Counted from the stretch's first letter, positions 9,029 through 18,311 are shown. The stretch is DNA of 64,000 nt from an uncultured Bacteroidales bacterium (GCA_964567785.1 CAZMOK010000003.1:23437-87436), one strand, 5' to 3'. Notes: generated by a model from the letters alone, not told the origin. Program-made: numbers and translations.

Positions 9029-10129
9029 ATGCAAGTTCTCCCCGCATTATTCAATATATTGACAGGTGTATGCCTTGCAATTGGGGTCTGGCACTTTCTG
9101 GCAGGTATTTTCAAGCGTGACAGATACACAAACCTTACTCTTGCAGCTCTGAGTATATCAGTCGCTTTCTACTTGATCTTTAGAAAATTATGTTATGAGG
9201 CTGCTGATATATCTTCCTTCGTGATCTATATCAAGTTCGCCATGATGTTTCTAAGCCTGTCGGGTATTTCACTTGCCTGGTTCATTTTCCATTACACCCG
9301 GGATAAGACTTACTGGGCAGTAACAGCAATAACTTCCGCGTATATAGTTCTGATTATTATCAATATATTTTCGCCTGAGAGTATCCTATACAAGGAAGTC
9401 ATTTCACTCAGGGAAGGTACATTGCCGTGGGGCGAAACCTATTTCTACCCCGAAGCTGCAATACACACGTGGCATTTTCTTGTCGATTTTTCCATCCTGA
9501 TCCTCATCACGTATATGATTTACTCGGCATACCGCATGTATAATTATGGCATCAGGGATGTGGCGTTGTTCTTTGTGATACAGGTCTTTATTGTTGTTTT
9601 TGCGGTTGTTTATGACTACCTGGTACTGAACCAATACCTGGAATCCCCGTATCTGCTGCCGGTATTCCTGGTTCTTTTCACTATTTCAATGAGTCTGTCA
9701 ATGTTCTTCGGGGTGCTGTCTGTTACCAGAATGACCGATGAGATCAGGGAAAAAGAAGAAATGTGGGAAACACTTTTCGATAAGGTAAATCTTATTGTGG
9801 TAGGTCTTAATAGGATGGGAAATATTGATTACATCAACCCCTATTTCCTGGAGCTAACAGGTTATGAGGCGGATGAAGTGATTGGAAAGGACTGGTTCGA
9901 TAAGTTCCTGCCCAATGCAGTCACATATGATGTCCAGGGGGCTTTTTTGGAAGTGTTAAAAAATAACTTCCATGCTCAGTATAAAAATCCCATACTCACC
10001 AAAGAAGGAGATGAAAGGATGATCGAATGGTTCAATGTGAGATTGGTGGACAAAAACGGAAAAATCTCGGGTAGCCTCAGCATTGGGGTAGATATCACGA
10101 AGTACCTTAAAAATGAGGAAGAAAAGTAA
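9029..10129 (+). CDS. polytopic membrane sensor with a single C-terminal PAS domain and no output domain
   Basis: About seven N-terminal TM helices are followed by a PAS-like block (GNIDYINPYFLELTGYEADEVIGKDWF..ERMIEWFNVRLVDKNGKISGSLSIGVDITK). The ORF then stops, and a convergent gene starts 21 nt later. Confidence 0.7.
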   Translation: MQVLPALFNILTGVCLAIGVWHFLAGIFKRDRYTNLTLAALSISVAFYLIFRKLCYEAADISSFVIYIKFAMMFLSLSGISLAWFIFHYTRDKTYWAVTAITSAYIVLIIINIFSPESILYKEVISLREGTLPWGETYFYPEAAIHTWHFLVDFSILILITYMIYSAYRMYNYGIRDVALFFVIQVFIVVFAVVYDYLVLNQYLESPYLLPVFLVLFTISMSLSMFFGVLSVTRMTDEIREKEEMWETLFDKVNLIVVGLNRMGNIDYINPYFLELTGYEADEVIGKDWFDKFLPNAVTYDVQGAFLEVLKNNFHAQYKNPILTKEGDERMIEWFNVRLVDKNGKISGSLSIGVDITKYLKNEEEK

Positions 10130-10150
10130 ATTTACTTGAAATTTTGCCAA

Positions 10151-10963
10151 TCAGATTTTTTCTGCGTCCCACTCCCTGAAGATTCTTTGCAATTCCCTGA
10201 TTCCGTCGGTTAAAGCAGCAGGGCCGGGCTGGAGGATTATTGCCGAATCAATTTCGTGGATATTGTCATTCCTGATGGCCTCGATCCCTTTCCATCCTTT
10301 TCTTTTAAGTAATGATTTTTTGTTGAACGGTTTACCGCACCAGGAAGCGATGTAAATATCGGGGTTCCTTTCAATGATCTTATTGTCGTTAGTGATTGTA
10401 CGGCTTTTAGCGTCAGGATGCCTGGAAAGGTCAGTGAAAACATCATCTCCGCCTGCAGTTGAAATAAGCTCCGAAACCCATTTTATGCAAGAGATCCTTG
10501 GTTTGTCCCACTCTTCAAAATATACCTTTGGTCTTGATTTCAGTATTTTTGATTCCTCCTTTATCTTGTCGAGACCCTGCTTAAGGCTCATGACCAGCTC
10601 CAGCGCCTTTTCTCTTTTTCCCACAAGTGTGCCTGTTACCAGGATAGTGTCCAGGATCTCACCTATTGATCTCTGATTGAAGATCAGAACATTCAGTCCT
10701 TTTTTGATCAGTTTTGAGGCAAGAGTTGCCTGAACATCTGAAAACCCGATCACCAGATCGGGCTTCATTTTAACTATTTTCTCGATGTCGGCATCAAGAA
10801 AAGAAGCCAGTTTCGGCTTTTCCTTTTTCGCCTCAGGTGGCCTCACCGTATAGATCGTAATACCTGCTATCCTGTCCTCTTCACCTAAAAGATAAAGGGT
10901 CTCTGTGGTTTCCTCGGTGAGGCAGACTATTTTTTCCGGCAATGTGGGAATATAATCTATCAT
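10151..10963 (-). CDS. BtuF-like periplasmic-binding-protein fold (cobalamin/iron-siderophore binding family)
   Basis: The pattern KIVCLTEETTETLYLLG..DRIAGIT..L..KPDLVIGF is typical of PF01497-type binding proteins. No N-terminal signal peptide is visible. Confidence 0.7.
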   Translation of the reverse strand: MIDYIPTLPEKIVCLTEETTETLYLLGEEDRIAGITIYTVRPPEAKKEKPKLASFLDADIEKIVKMKPDLVIGFSDVQATLASKLIKKGLNVLIFNQRSIGEILDTILVTGTLVGKREKALELVMSLKQGLDKIKEESKILKSRPKVYFEEWDKPRISCIKWVSELISTAGGDDVFTDLSRHPDAKSRTITNDNKIIERNPDIYIASWCGKPFNKKSLLKRKGWKGIEAIRNDNIHEIDSAIILQPGPAALTDGIRELQRIFREWDAEKI

Positions 10964-11034
10964 ATTCGTTTTGATTTACTTACAATATAATAATTTTTGA
11001 TTTACTGCGAAGTATACCTGAATACTAATAACAA

Positions 11035-11042
11035 TATCTTTG
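11035..11042 (+). promoter_or_regulatory. candidate Bacteroidota -7 promoter element (TAnnTTTG)
   Basis: TATCTTTG lies 32 nt upstream of the hypA ATG. Confidence 0.4.
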
Positions 11043-11073
11043 CAACGAAGTTTAACTCCCGGAAGAAATAAAC

Positions 11074-11415
11074 ATGCACGAACTTTCAGTAGCGCACAGT
11101 ATAGTGGAAATGGTTGAGGAAAGGGCAAAAGAAGAGGGGGCCGTGAAGGTTACCAGGGTTGAGCTTGAAATAGGCGAAATGGCCGGTATTGAATATGATG
11201 CACTTGAATTTGCCTGGGATGTTGCCGTTGAACATAGCCTGCTGAACAATTCCGAGCTGGTCATCAGGAAGATCGAAGCGGTTGCAGGGTGCCTTGAATG
11301 TGATCACCGATATCACGTAACCTCAGCTTTCGACCCCTGCCCGAATTGTGGAAGTATCAGGTCAGATATCATTAAAGGCCGGGAATTGAGAGTTTCCTCA
11401 TTTTTAATCGATTGA
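11074..11415 (+). CDS. hypA: hydrogenase nickel incorporation protein HypA
   Basis: It has the N-terminal MHE Ni-binding motif and the zinc site CLEC..CPNC. Size is 113 aa. Confidence 0.85.
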   Translation: MHELSVAHSIVEMVEERAKEEGAVKVTRVELEIGEMAGIEYDALEFAWDVAVEHSLLNNSELVIRKIEAVAGCLECDHRYHVTSAFDPCPNCGSIRSDIIKGRELRVSSFLID

Positions 11416-11488
11416 TAAAGGTCTGATTGAATCCGGAAACCTTTTGATCAGATAAACTAGTGAGCCCCTGCTTTCTTTGTTTGAGAGG

Positions 11489-12808
11489 TTATTTTTTGCC
11501 TGAAAAGTTCAGGAGAAGTAATCCGCTAACGGCCGAGAGAAATGAAGCAGTGAATATGCCAATCTTGGCAACCTGTATCTGGTGTTCATCAATAAAAGCC
11601 AGGTTGGCAATAAAAATAGACATTGTAAACCCTATCCCGGCCATCAGACCTGCCCCGGTTATCTGTCTCCAGTTTACACCTGCCGGTAATACAGCCAGTT
11701 TCAGCTTTACCAAGATCCTTGAGAGTATTGTAATACCCAAAACCTTACCTATGAACAGACCAGAGATTATTCCAATGGCAATAGGATTGGAAAGGATATT
11801 GAGAATGTTTTCCTGCAGCCTTACTCCCGCATTGGCCAGGGCAAATAACGGAAGGATAAAATAGGTAACTATAGGGTGGAGTGAATGCTCCAGCCTCTGA
11901 AGCGGAGTATGTGCATCACCGCACAATTTTTGCATCTTGTTGATAATGTGTGCCTGGTGTTTTGTGAGAAAAGCCTTATTTGCCGGTGCTGCCTTCTTAA
12001 AATCATCTGAAAGCTTGCGCATGTCGTCAATAAGTATTCCCCCCTTAATTTTTGTCCTGACGGGAATTGTCAGGGCAACCAGAACACCTGCGATCGTTGC
12101 ATGGACCCCTGAATTGAGAAAAGAAAGCCATACGCCGGCAAAGCCCACAAGAGCATAAAAGGAAGTCCTCCTTATACCCAGTCGGTTGGCGCCGATAAGC
12201 AGCGCCAGAAAAATTGCGGCATTGAGCAGTTCCCCTGTGTTAATGGCATCTGTGTAGAAAAAGGCAATCACCAAAATGGCACCAAGGTCGTCTGCTACAG
12301 CAAGTGCGGTGAGAAAGATCTTGACATTGATATTCACCTTCTTCCCAAGAAGCGACATCAGGCCTACAGCGAATGCAATATCTGTTGCCATCGGGATTCC
12401 CCATCCGCTTAGGTTTTGAGGAATACCCGCGTTGAAGATAGTATAAATGACAGCCGGGAAGAGCATTCCGCCTATTGCAGCAGCAATGGGCAGGCTGGCC
12501 TTCCTGGGGGTTGAAAGCTCACCGTCAACCACTTCCCTTTTGATTTCAAGGCCTATCATGTAAAAGAAGACTGCCATCAGGCCATCGTTTATCCAGTGGT
12601 GCAGAGAGAGTTTCAATTCGTAGTCGGCAATGGAAAAACCTAAATATGTTTTGTGCCACAATTTTTCATATAGCTCGTAATAGCCAGAGTTGGCCCATAT
12701 CATGGCAAGTATCGTGGAAAGCAACAGAAGAAGGCCGCCTACGGCCTCTCCCTGGATGAATTTCCTGATATTGAAGCGAGATTGTTTTCCACCGGACTCG
12801 GATTTCAT
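11489..12808 (-). CDS. nhaA: Na+/H+ antiporter NhaA
   Basis: The motif WINDGLMAVFFYMIGLEIKRE is present, with the ADD pair (AVADDLGAI). It has about 12 TM segments and is 439 aa. Confidence 0.92.
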   Translation of the reverse strand: MKSESGGKQSRFNIRKFIQGEAVGGLLLLLSTILAMIWANSGYYELYEKLWHKTYLGFSIADYELKLSLHHWINDGLMAVFFYMIGLEIKREVVDGELSTPRKASLPIAAAIGGMLFPAVIYTIFNAGIPQNLSGWGIPMATDIAFAVGLMSLLGKKVNINVKIFLTALAVADDLGAILVIAFFYTDAINTGELLNAAIFLALLIGANRLGIRRTSFYALVGFAGVWLSFLNSGVHATIAGVLVALTIPVRTKIKGGILIDDMRKLSDDFKKAAPANKAFLTKHQAHIINKMQKLCGDAHTPLQRLEHSLHPIVTYFILPLFALANAGVRLQENILNILSNPIAIGIISGLFIGKVLGITILSRILVKLKLAVLPAGVNWRQITGAGLMAGIGFTMSIFIANLAFIDEHQIQVAKIGIFTASFLSAVSGLLLLNFSGKK

Positions 12809-12878
12809 TGCGTTAAATTTAAAGGCGCGAAATTAGAAATTATATCTTTATTCAATATGCTAAATCAGATAAAAATTC

Positions 12879-12911
12879 AGCAAACAAAGAAATACAAACC
12901 TTTGTTTTGCT
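12879..12911. other. AT-rich 11-bp hairpin in the nhaA / AKR-remnant divergent intergenic region
   Basis: AGCAAACAAAG (12879-12889) pairs with CTTTGTTTTGCT (12900-12911) with one bulged T. Confidence 0.3.
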
Positions 12912-12922
12912 AAAAACTAAAT

Positions 12923-13341
12923 ATGGAAATGAACTATAAATTATTTGGAAGAAGCGCCTGAAGGTTTCTGAAGTGTGCCTTGGTTCAATGACTTTTGGCA
13001 CTGAATGGGGCTGGGGCTGTGATGAAAAGATCAGCAGGGAAATATTTGAAACCTTTGTGGAAGCAGGAGGCAATTTCATTGATACTGCTAACAGGTATAC
13101 AGAAGGAACCAGCGAAAGAATGCCGGGTGAGTTTATCAGGTCCGACAGGGACAAATACGTTATTGCTACCAAATATACTTTGTTCGGCAGATTAGGTGAT
13201 GTGAGCCGGGTGGAACTGGGCTTCCCGCATGAATTCTTGAATAATCAGCGCATCCGTGACGTCATCTTTGGAGTAACTTATGATAAAATGAAATTTCAAT
13301 TAGCTTCGATGAATTCCGAGGCATTCATGATAGTGGCGTAA
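12923..13341 (+). pseudogene. decayed aldo/keto reductase (1-nt frameshift plus large internal deletion)
   Basis: MEMNYKLFGRS runs into TGA at 12959. The -1 frame continues LKVSEVCLGSMTFGTEWGWG..FIDTANRYTEGTSE..IATKYTL (AKR N-terminus). At 13200/13201 it jumps straight to VSRVELGFPHEFLN..IRDVIFG, which is AKR C-terminal-like. Confidence 0.7.
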
Positions 13342-13871
13342 CTTCCCTTAAGGGTGCTGAGAGTTGAATAGTGGACATCATCCCAGTTTATTGTCTTGTC
13401 GCCATATTTCAAATTCCTTGTAGTACAGGCATCTGAAATCACAGTGCACCTGAACCCTTTGTCTGCAGCAGCACGCGTAGTGGCTTCCACACACATATGG
13501 GTCTGCATACCTGCAATGACGACCTCTTTGATGTTGTTCTTCCTCAAATACTCAAGTAAGCCGGTATCCCTGAAACTATTTGCGAAATCCTTTGAGAAAA
13601 CTTTTTCTCCTTCCTCAGGAGCCACAGTCTGGTGAATATTCCCCCCTGGTTCATAATTATGCCTTACATGGATAACGGGACCTCCGTTCTTCCTGAAATG
13701 TTCAAGTACCTTAAAGGCATTGTCAGCAGCTTTTTCCGGATTGACCAGCTCTGCATCACCGCCGGGAAAATAAAAGTCCTGAATATCGATAATTATCAGT
13801 GCCCTTTCTTTTTGAGAATAGGAAACCAGGCTGAGGGCAATTAATGAAAAGGTAAGCAGTAATGTTCTCAT
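13296..13871 (-). CDS. isochorismatase-family cysteine hydrolase, secreted
   Basis: A signal peptide is followed by ALIIIDIQ (Asp), and the catalytic Cys context is GMQTHMCVEATTRAA. Confidence 0.8.
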   Translation of the reverse strand: MRTLLLTFSLIALSLVSYSQKERALIIIDIQDFYFPGGDAELVNPEKAADNAFKVLEHFRKNGGPVIHVRHNYEPGGNIHQTVAPEEGEKVFSKDFANSFRDTGLLEYLRKNNIKEVVIAGMQTHMCVEATTRAAADKGFRCTVISDACTTRNLKYGDKTINWDDVHYSTLSTLKGSYATIMNASEFIEAN

Positions 13872-14007
13872 AACAGTATCATGTGTTTTGCCTGTTAAAC
13901 AGTTTAAATTGTTTTTTTGTTAAGCGCATGGGTAATTTAAGCACCGAAACTGACAAATTTATAGAATCAATCCTTATCTTTGGTTGCAATCAAAAATTAG
14001 CAAACCA

Positions 14008-14685
14008 ATGGAACCGTCCGGCCCTGATTTTATTGAGAAACCGCAACCCACTGTTGGTGGCGCCTATGAACATTCATTTGATACCATGAAAAAAAGCTTT
14101 ATCGAGCTTTTACTGATCATCATTATTTCAGCTATTTTATTCCTACCCCTCGGTATTTTTGAGGCCGCAATGGAATCATCGGGTGATGTTTCCTGGCAGG
14201 CAGGCCTTTTCAATTTTTTCTATGGTATCCTCATCGGGATACCTCTTGAATTTGGTGTTGCATGGGCTTTCCTGAAAGCGGTGAGGGGAGAGAAGGTTGA
14301 GATCAGGGATCTCTTTGTCCCATTCAACAACTGGCTGAACGTTATGGGGGCCGGCATACTTTCGGGCGTTATCATAGGTTTTGGCATACTGCTGCTTATC
14401 ATACCCGGGATAATCTTTGCCTGTAAGCTGGCCTTTGTTCCATACCTGGTAATGGACAAAGACATGGAACCGGTTGCAGCTATCAAGAAAAGCTGGGAGA
14501 TGACCAACGGCTATGCAATAACAATTTTCCTGATGTACCTGCTGGCCATACCTGTTGCCATACTCGGGTTCATTCTCCTTATCATTGGAATTATACCTGC
14601 TTCTATCTGGATAGAAGGCGCTTTCGCCTCAATATATGAAGCAGTCCTTAAGAGGCAGCAGCCTGAAATTGCTGAAACTGCCTGA
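14008..14685 (+). CDS. integral membrane protein of unknown function
   Basis: It has four to five hydrophobic helices. ATG 14008 is preferred to TTG 13984. The family was not confidently recognised. Confidence 0.5.
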   Translation: MEPSGPDFIEKPQPTVGGAYEHSFDTMKKSFIELLLIIIISAILFLPLGIFEAAMESSGDVSWQAGLFNFFYGILIGIPLEFGVAWAFLKAVRGEKVEIRDLFVPFNNWLNVMGAGILSGVIIGFGILLLIIPGIIFACKLAFVPYLVMDKDMEPVAAIKKSWEMTNGYAITIFLMYLLAIPVAILGFILLIIGIIPASIWIEGAFASIYEAVLKRQQPEIAETA

Positions 14686-14693
14686 AAAGGACC

Positions 14694-16355
14694 TTATAAT
14701 TTAAGAAGGTAGACCTTATTGAGGCTCTCTCTCCTGGTATCAGGGTTCAGGAATTTCCAGGTGAGGATTTGGACTCTGTAATTATCAAACACTTTTACCG
14801 GGTCAGATGATACGGAAACCGCGCGCAGTTCCTTAAGCCCCCTCTCATTGGTTATGACCCAGAATTGCTCCTTCAATTCCGTCAACCTTTTTATCTTTCT
14901 CGGGTTTGCCTCCGGAGGGGTGTCACCAAGATAGAAATCAAATGCCGAACTGTGATAGTAAACCTGGTAAATATCTTCATGAGGGATCTCCTTTTCATTG
15001 ATGTAATCTGCAATTTTTTCTCCTGCCTGGTATTTCACTAATTCAGGGTAAACATGGATATTTAGGATAAAATTCGCCGTAAATATTGAAAAGAGAGATA
15101 CCCGGAACCACTTCCTGAATGTATGGCCCTCTAATACAAGAAAATAGAATGCAAGGCCCACAAAAAGTATCATCGAAATAAATACCCATATTTCAGTAAC
15201 AGGAAAGATCCACAATGCAAGAAGGGAAGAGGCAACAAGCAGGATCGCTGAAATAAAGTACTGAATTGCACCTGTTATTTTCTGACCGGTTCCGGGGGTT
15301 CTGCCGGCCTTTTTAATAAGGCTGCTTACCTCCGACGCTGTGAAAATGGAAGCATAGGGAAATACAACATATATATAATGAGGTAGCTTGTAGCTCGACC
15401 GGGAGAGGATCAGGAAAGTGATGAGAAAGGCCGAAACAGTGACGTATTCAGAGACTGCATTCGATTTCAGCCTGGATTTTATCAGTTTTCGGGCTATGAT
15501 AACAAGGGCGGCCACTGTTAGCAATGACCAGGGCAGAAACGACCATAAAAAGGTGTGAACAAAGAAAAACGGGCCTGAGCTGTCCTGCCAGTAATTACTT
15601 CCGGTGATCCTGCCGAAACTTTGTGTCCAGAAAAAGAACTCCAGCCCGTAGGTGCCATATTGCCGGTAAAGGCTCATAAGCATAGGTGTAAGGGTTAGCA
15701 GGATGATCAATATCCCCGCTATCCATTCGGGCCGGAAGATATCTTTCCATCTTTTCCTTATCAGCAGGTCTGAACCAAAACCAATTACCGGTACCATAAG
15801 TCCAATAGGCCCTTTTGCCATCATCGCAAGGCCTATACCCACGAAGGCCAGAATGAAGTTAACCGTCCTTTTGCTTTCAAGGTAGGCAGCAAGCTGCCAG
15901 GATGCAAATATGACAAAATTGGCAAGCAGCGCATCGGTCCTTACATCATGGTTAATCAGGAACCAGGCCTGGCAAGAGAACAGGAAAATTGCGGCAAGGA
16001 ATTGAACATCATGGTCTTTGTAATATATTGATGCCATCCTGTAGGTTGAGTATACCCCTAAAAGAGTGGCCAGGAAAGTAGGCAGGCGGTAGGCAAATTC
16101 AGATAAACCAAAGAGGTAGTAGGAGAAAACTGACAACCAGAAAAGAAGTGGCGGTTTATCAAGGTAGCGGTCAATGGCCCTGTTCCTGAAATCAATGAGG
16201 TCGCCTGATCCAAGCATCTCACGGCTCATTTCTGCATATAGGGATGCATCTATGTCCATGATCCCAATCAGTGCCATACCCGCAATGTAACTAATGGCAC
16301 CCAGGGAAAAGATGATTACAGTATTTTGCTTAATTGCCAAACTCAGATTGTACAA
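14694..16355 (-). CDS. ArnT/PMT-like glycosyltransferase family 39 membrane protein
   Basis: The motif DKPPLLFWL follows the first TM helices. It is a 553-aa polytopic protein with a soluble C-terminal domain. Confidence 0.8.
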   Translation of the reverse strand: MYNLSLAIKQNTVIIFSLGAISYIAGMALIGIMDIDASLYAEMSREMLGSGDLIDFRNRAIDRYLDKPPLLFWLSVFSYYLFGLSEFAYRLPTFLATLLGVYSTYRMASIYYKDHDVQFLAAIFLFSCQAWFLINHDVRTDALLANFVIFASWQLAAYLESKRTVNFILAFVGIGLAMMAKGPIGLMVPVIGFGSDLLIRKRWKDIFRPEWIAGILIILLTLTPMLMSLYRQYGTYGLEFFFWTQSFGRITGSNYWQDSSGPFFFVHTFLWSFLPWSLLTVAALVIIARKLIKSRLKSNAVSEYVTVSAFLITFLILSRSSYKLPHYIYVVFPYASIFTASEVSSLIKKAGRTPGTGQKITGAIQYFISAILLVASSLLALWIFPVTEIWVFISMILFVGLAFYFLVLEGHTFRKWFRVSLFSIFTANFILNIHVYPELVKYQAGEKIADYINEKEIPHEDIYQVYYHSSAFDFYLGDTPPEANPRKIKRLTELKEQFWVITNERGLKELRAVSVSSDPVKVFDNYRVQILTWKFLNPDTRRESLNKVYLLKL

Positions 16356-16498
16356 CGGGGATAAAAATACTAAAAGAAGTTATTAAAAAATATTCATGCA
16401 TCTGTATGGGGAGGAAAAGATGCTTTTGTTTAAAATACTTCTAAAAAAGTTAAACAATAATTGATTGTTCTTGTTTAGTCTTTGGTTTAAGTAATATT

Positions 16499-16909
16499 AT
16501 GATAGTAACAGTACACAGAAAAGAGCACTTCAACGCCACACACAGGCTGCACAACCCTAACTGGGATGATGATAAAAATGAAAGTGTTTTTGGTAAATGT
16601 AACAATCCGGAATATCACGGACATAACTATGATCTCATTGTAAGTGTTACCGGTGAAGTAGATAGAGAGACCGGCTATGTAGTGGACATGAAAGTACTTA
16701 AAAACTTGATCAATAAATATGTTATCGAACGCTTCGATCATAAGAATCTTTACACTGATGTGAAAGATTTCAGCAACTTGAACCCTACGGCTGAGAATAT
16801 TGCTGTGGTTATCTGGAATATTCTCAGGACAAAAATCAACGGAAATCATCAACTTAAGATCAAACTTTATGAAACTGAAAGAAACTTTGTTGAATACAGT
16901 GGAAATTGA
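16499..16909 (+). CDS. 6-pyruvoyl-tetrahydropterin synthase family protein (PTPS/QueD, COG0720)
   Basis: FGKCNNPEYHGHNYDL (Cx5HGH), FDHKNL, TAENIAVVIW and KLYETERNFVEYSGN closely parallel the animal PTPS sequence as I remember it. Confidence 0.85.
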   Translation: MIVTVHRKEHFNATHRLHNPNWDDDKNESVFGKCNNPEYHGHNYDLIVSVTGEVDRETGYVVDMKVLKNLINKYVIERFDHKNLYTDVKDFSNLNPTAENIAVVIWNILRTKINGNHQLKIKLYETERNFVEYSGN

Positions 16910-17618
16910 AAACCACCCCGGGAAGATAAATGGATTCCATACACCGGGGCATGACGACAACAATGGCCACGATACAATAGGCGACAATCATGCGGCAACT
17001 TCTATAGAAACACCCATGAGGGAAGATGCTTTCAAGATGTCGGATGACGCAAAAGTTGCGATAATAGAAAAACATTTTGAAAAGATTATGAACACCCTGG
17101 GGCTGGATCTAACCGACGACAGCTTGAAGGGTACTCCCCACAGGGTGGCTAAAATGTACGTGAGGGAAATATTTCATGGCCTGAAGCCGGAGAACAAACC
17201 CAGGATTTCAGTCTTTGATAACAAGTTCAAATATGGTGAAATGCTGGTGGAAAAGAATATTCAGGTTACCTCAACCTGTGAGCACCATTTTTTGCCTGTC
17301 ATGGGTAAAGCTCATGTGGCATATGTTTCTTCCGGCAAGGTGATAGGATTGTCGAAGCTGAACAGGATTGTAGATTACTTTGCAAGAAGGCCACAGGTCC
17401 AGGAGCGCATGACCGTTCAGATTGCTGCAATGTTGAAGGAGGTGCTGGATACGGAGGATGTAGCTGTGCTTATAGATGCCAAACATTACTGTGTTGCCTG
17501 TCGTGGAATTCAGGATGAAAGCAGCACTACGATCACATCTGAATACGGAGGTAAATTCAAAGATCCTAAGGTGAAAGAAGAATTCCTCAGGTACGTGAAT
17601 ATGGAATTGAAGATATAA
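16869..17618 (+). CDS. folE: GTP cyclohydrolase I FolE
   Basis: The motifs LKGTPHRVAKMY, STCEHHFLPV and RPQVQERMT are present. The start is ambiguous (ATG 16869 or GTG 16899); either choice overlaps the PTPS gene. Confidence 0.88.
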   Translation: MKLKETLLNTVEIENHPGKINGFHTPGHDDNNGHDTIGDNHAATSIETPMREDAFKMSDDAKVAIIEKHFEKIMNTLGLDLTDDSLKGTPHRVAKMYVREIFHGLKPENKPRISVFDNKFKYGEMLVEKNIQVTSTCEHHFLPVMGKAHVAYVSSGKVIGLSKLNRIVDYFARRPQVQERMTVQIAAMLKEVLDTEDVAVLIDAKHYCVACRGIQDESSTTITSEYGGKFKDPKVKEEFLRYVNMELKI

Positions 17619-17678
17619 ACGCTCTCATAAGGCCGATTAATTTTTGTTAATAGCTTTATGAATTTCGCTTCTAAAAGA

Positions 17679-17704
17679 ACCCGGAGTCTTTCCGGGTTTT
17701 TTTT
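17679..17704 (+). terminator. intrinsic terminator after folE
   Basis: ACCCGGA (17679-17685) pairs with TCCGGGT (17691-17697) and is followed by a T-run. Confidence 0.65.
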
Positions 17705-17705
17705 A

Positions 17706-17733
17706 TAAAAAAAGCCGGACTTACTGCCCGGCT
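17706..17733 (-). terminator. intrinsic terminator after the CDGSH gene
   Basis: AGCCGG (17713-17718) pairs with CCGGCT (17728-17733). On the minus strand the hairpin is followed by a T-run (A-run 17706-17713 on plus). Confidence 0.55.
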
Positions 17734-17753
17734 TCGAATGATTAGTAGTGTTT

Positions 17754-18005
17754 TTACTTTGATTCCTTTTTCATGTGATTGTGGGTGCCATCGCAATATG
17801 GCGGATTCTTTGTTTGCTTGCACATGCATAACCAGACCTCCCCACTGTGTTCCGGTGTGAAAGGCCTTGGTACAAACTCTGTTTTTCTGTGCGAACCATC
17901 GCAATAGGGCTGGCGTGTGGACTCGCCGCAAGCGCACCACCAGTATTCGTCTTCGTTGGTTACCCTTACTGCTCTGGGTTGCAAGTCTGCTGATTTAGGC
18001 TTCAT
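17754..18005 (-). CDS. CDGSH iron-sulfur domain protein (two CDGSH motifs)
   Basis: The two motifs are CACGESTRQPYCDGSH and CMCKQTKNPPYCDGTH. Confidence 0.85.
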   Translation of the reverse strand: MKPKSADLQPRAVRVTNEDEYWWCACGESTRQPYCDGSHRKTEFVPRPFTPEHSGEVWLCMCKQTKNPPYCDGTHNHMKKESK

Positions 18006-18311
18006 CTTTCTTCCTGTTTTTATCTGGATTTATAATTCTGAACACTTTAAGGCGCCTGATGGTTTAAAAATTATTTAAAGGATTGAATCCTGTATATATT
18101 TCTGTCAGGCTATATTTTAATATTTCGGTTACAAAATTATAAATAATAGGGATAAGGTGCTGTGTGCTTTAAATAAATCTCTTTTTGAAGCTTATTCAGG
18201 ATGTTCATTGATCTGCTCCTGGTGCCGGACGATTCTTCCACCATCCTGTACTGTAGGAAGGATACCAGTTCAGGCTTCATATCAGGATTCAGGTTTGATC
18301 TCTCGTAAAGA

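Noticed and set aside
10964-11073. Expected cobalamin riboswitch upstream of the BtuF-like gene.
   Set aside because: The 110-bp spacer is AT-rich with no GC-rich stems or B12-box-like sequence.
12852-13172. 106-aa minus ORF overlapping the AKR remnant.
   Set aside because: It is antisense to clearly AKR-homologous coding sequence and has no motifs.
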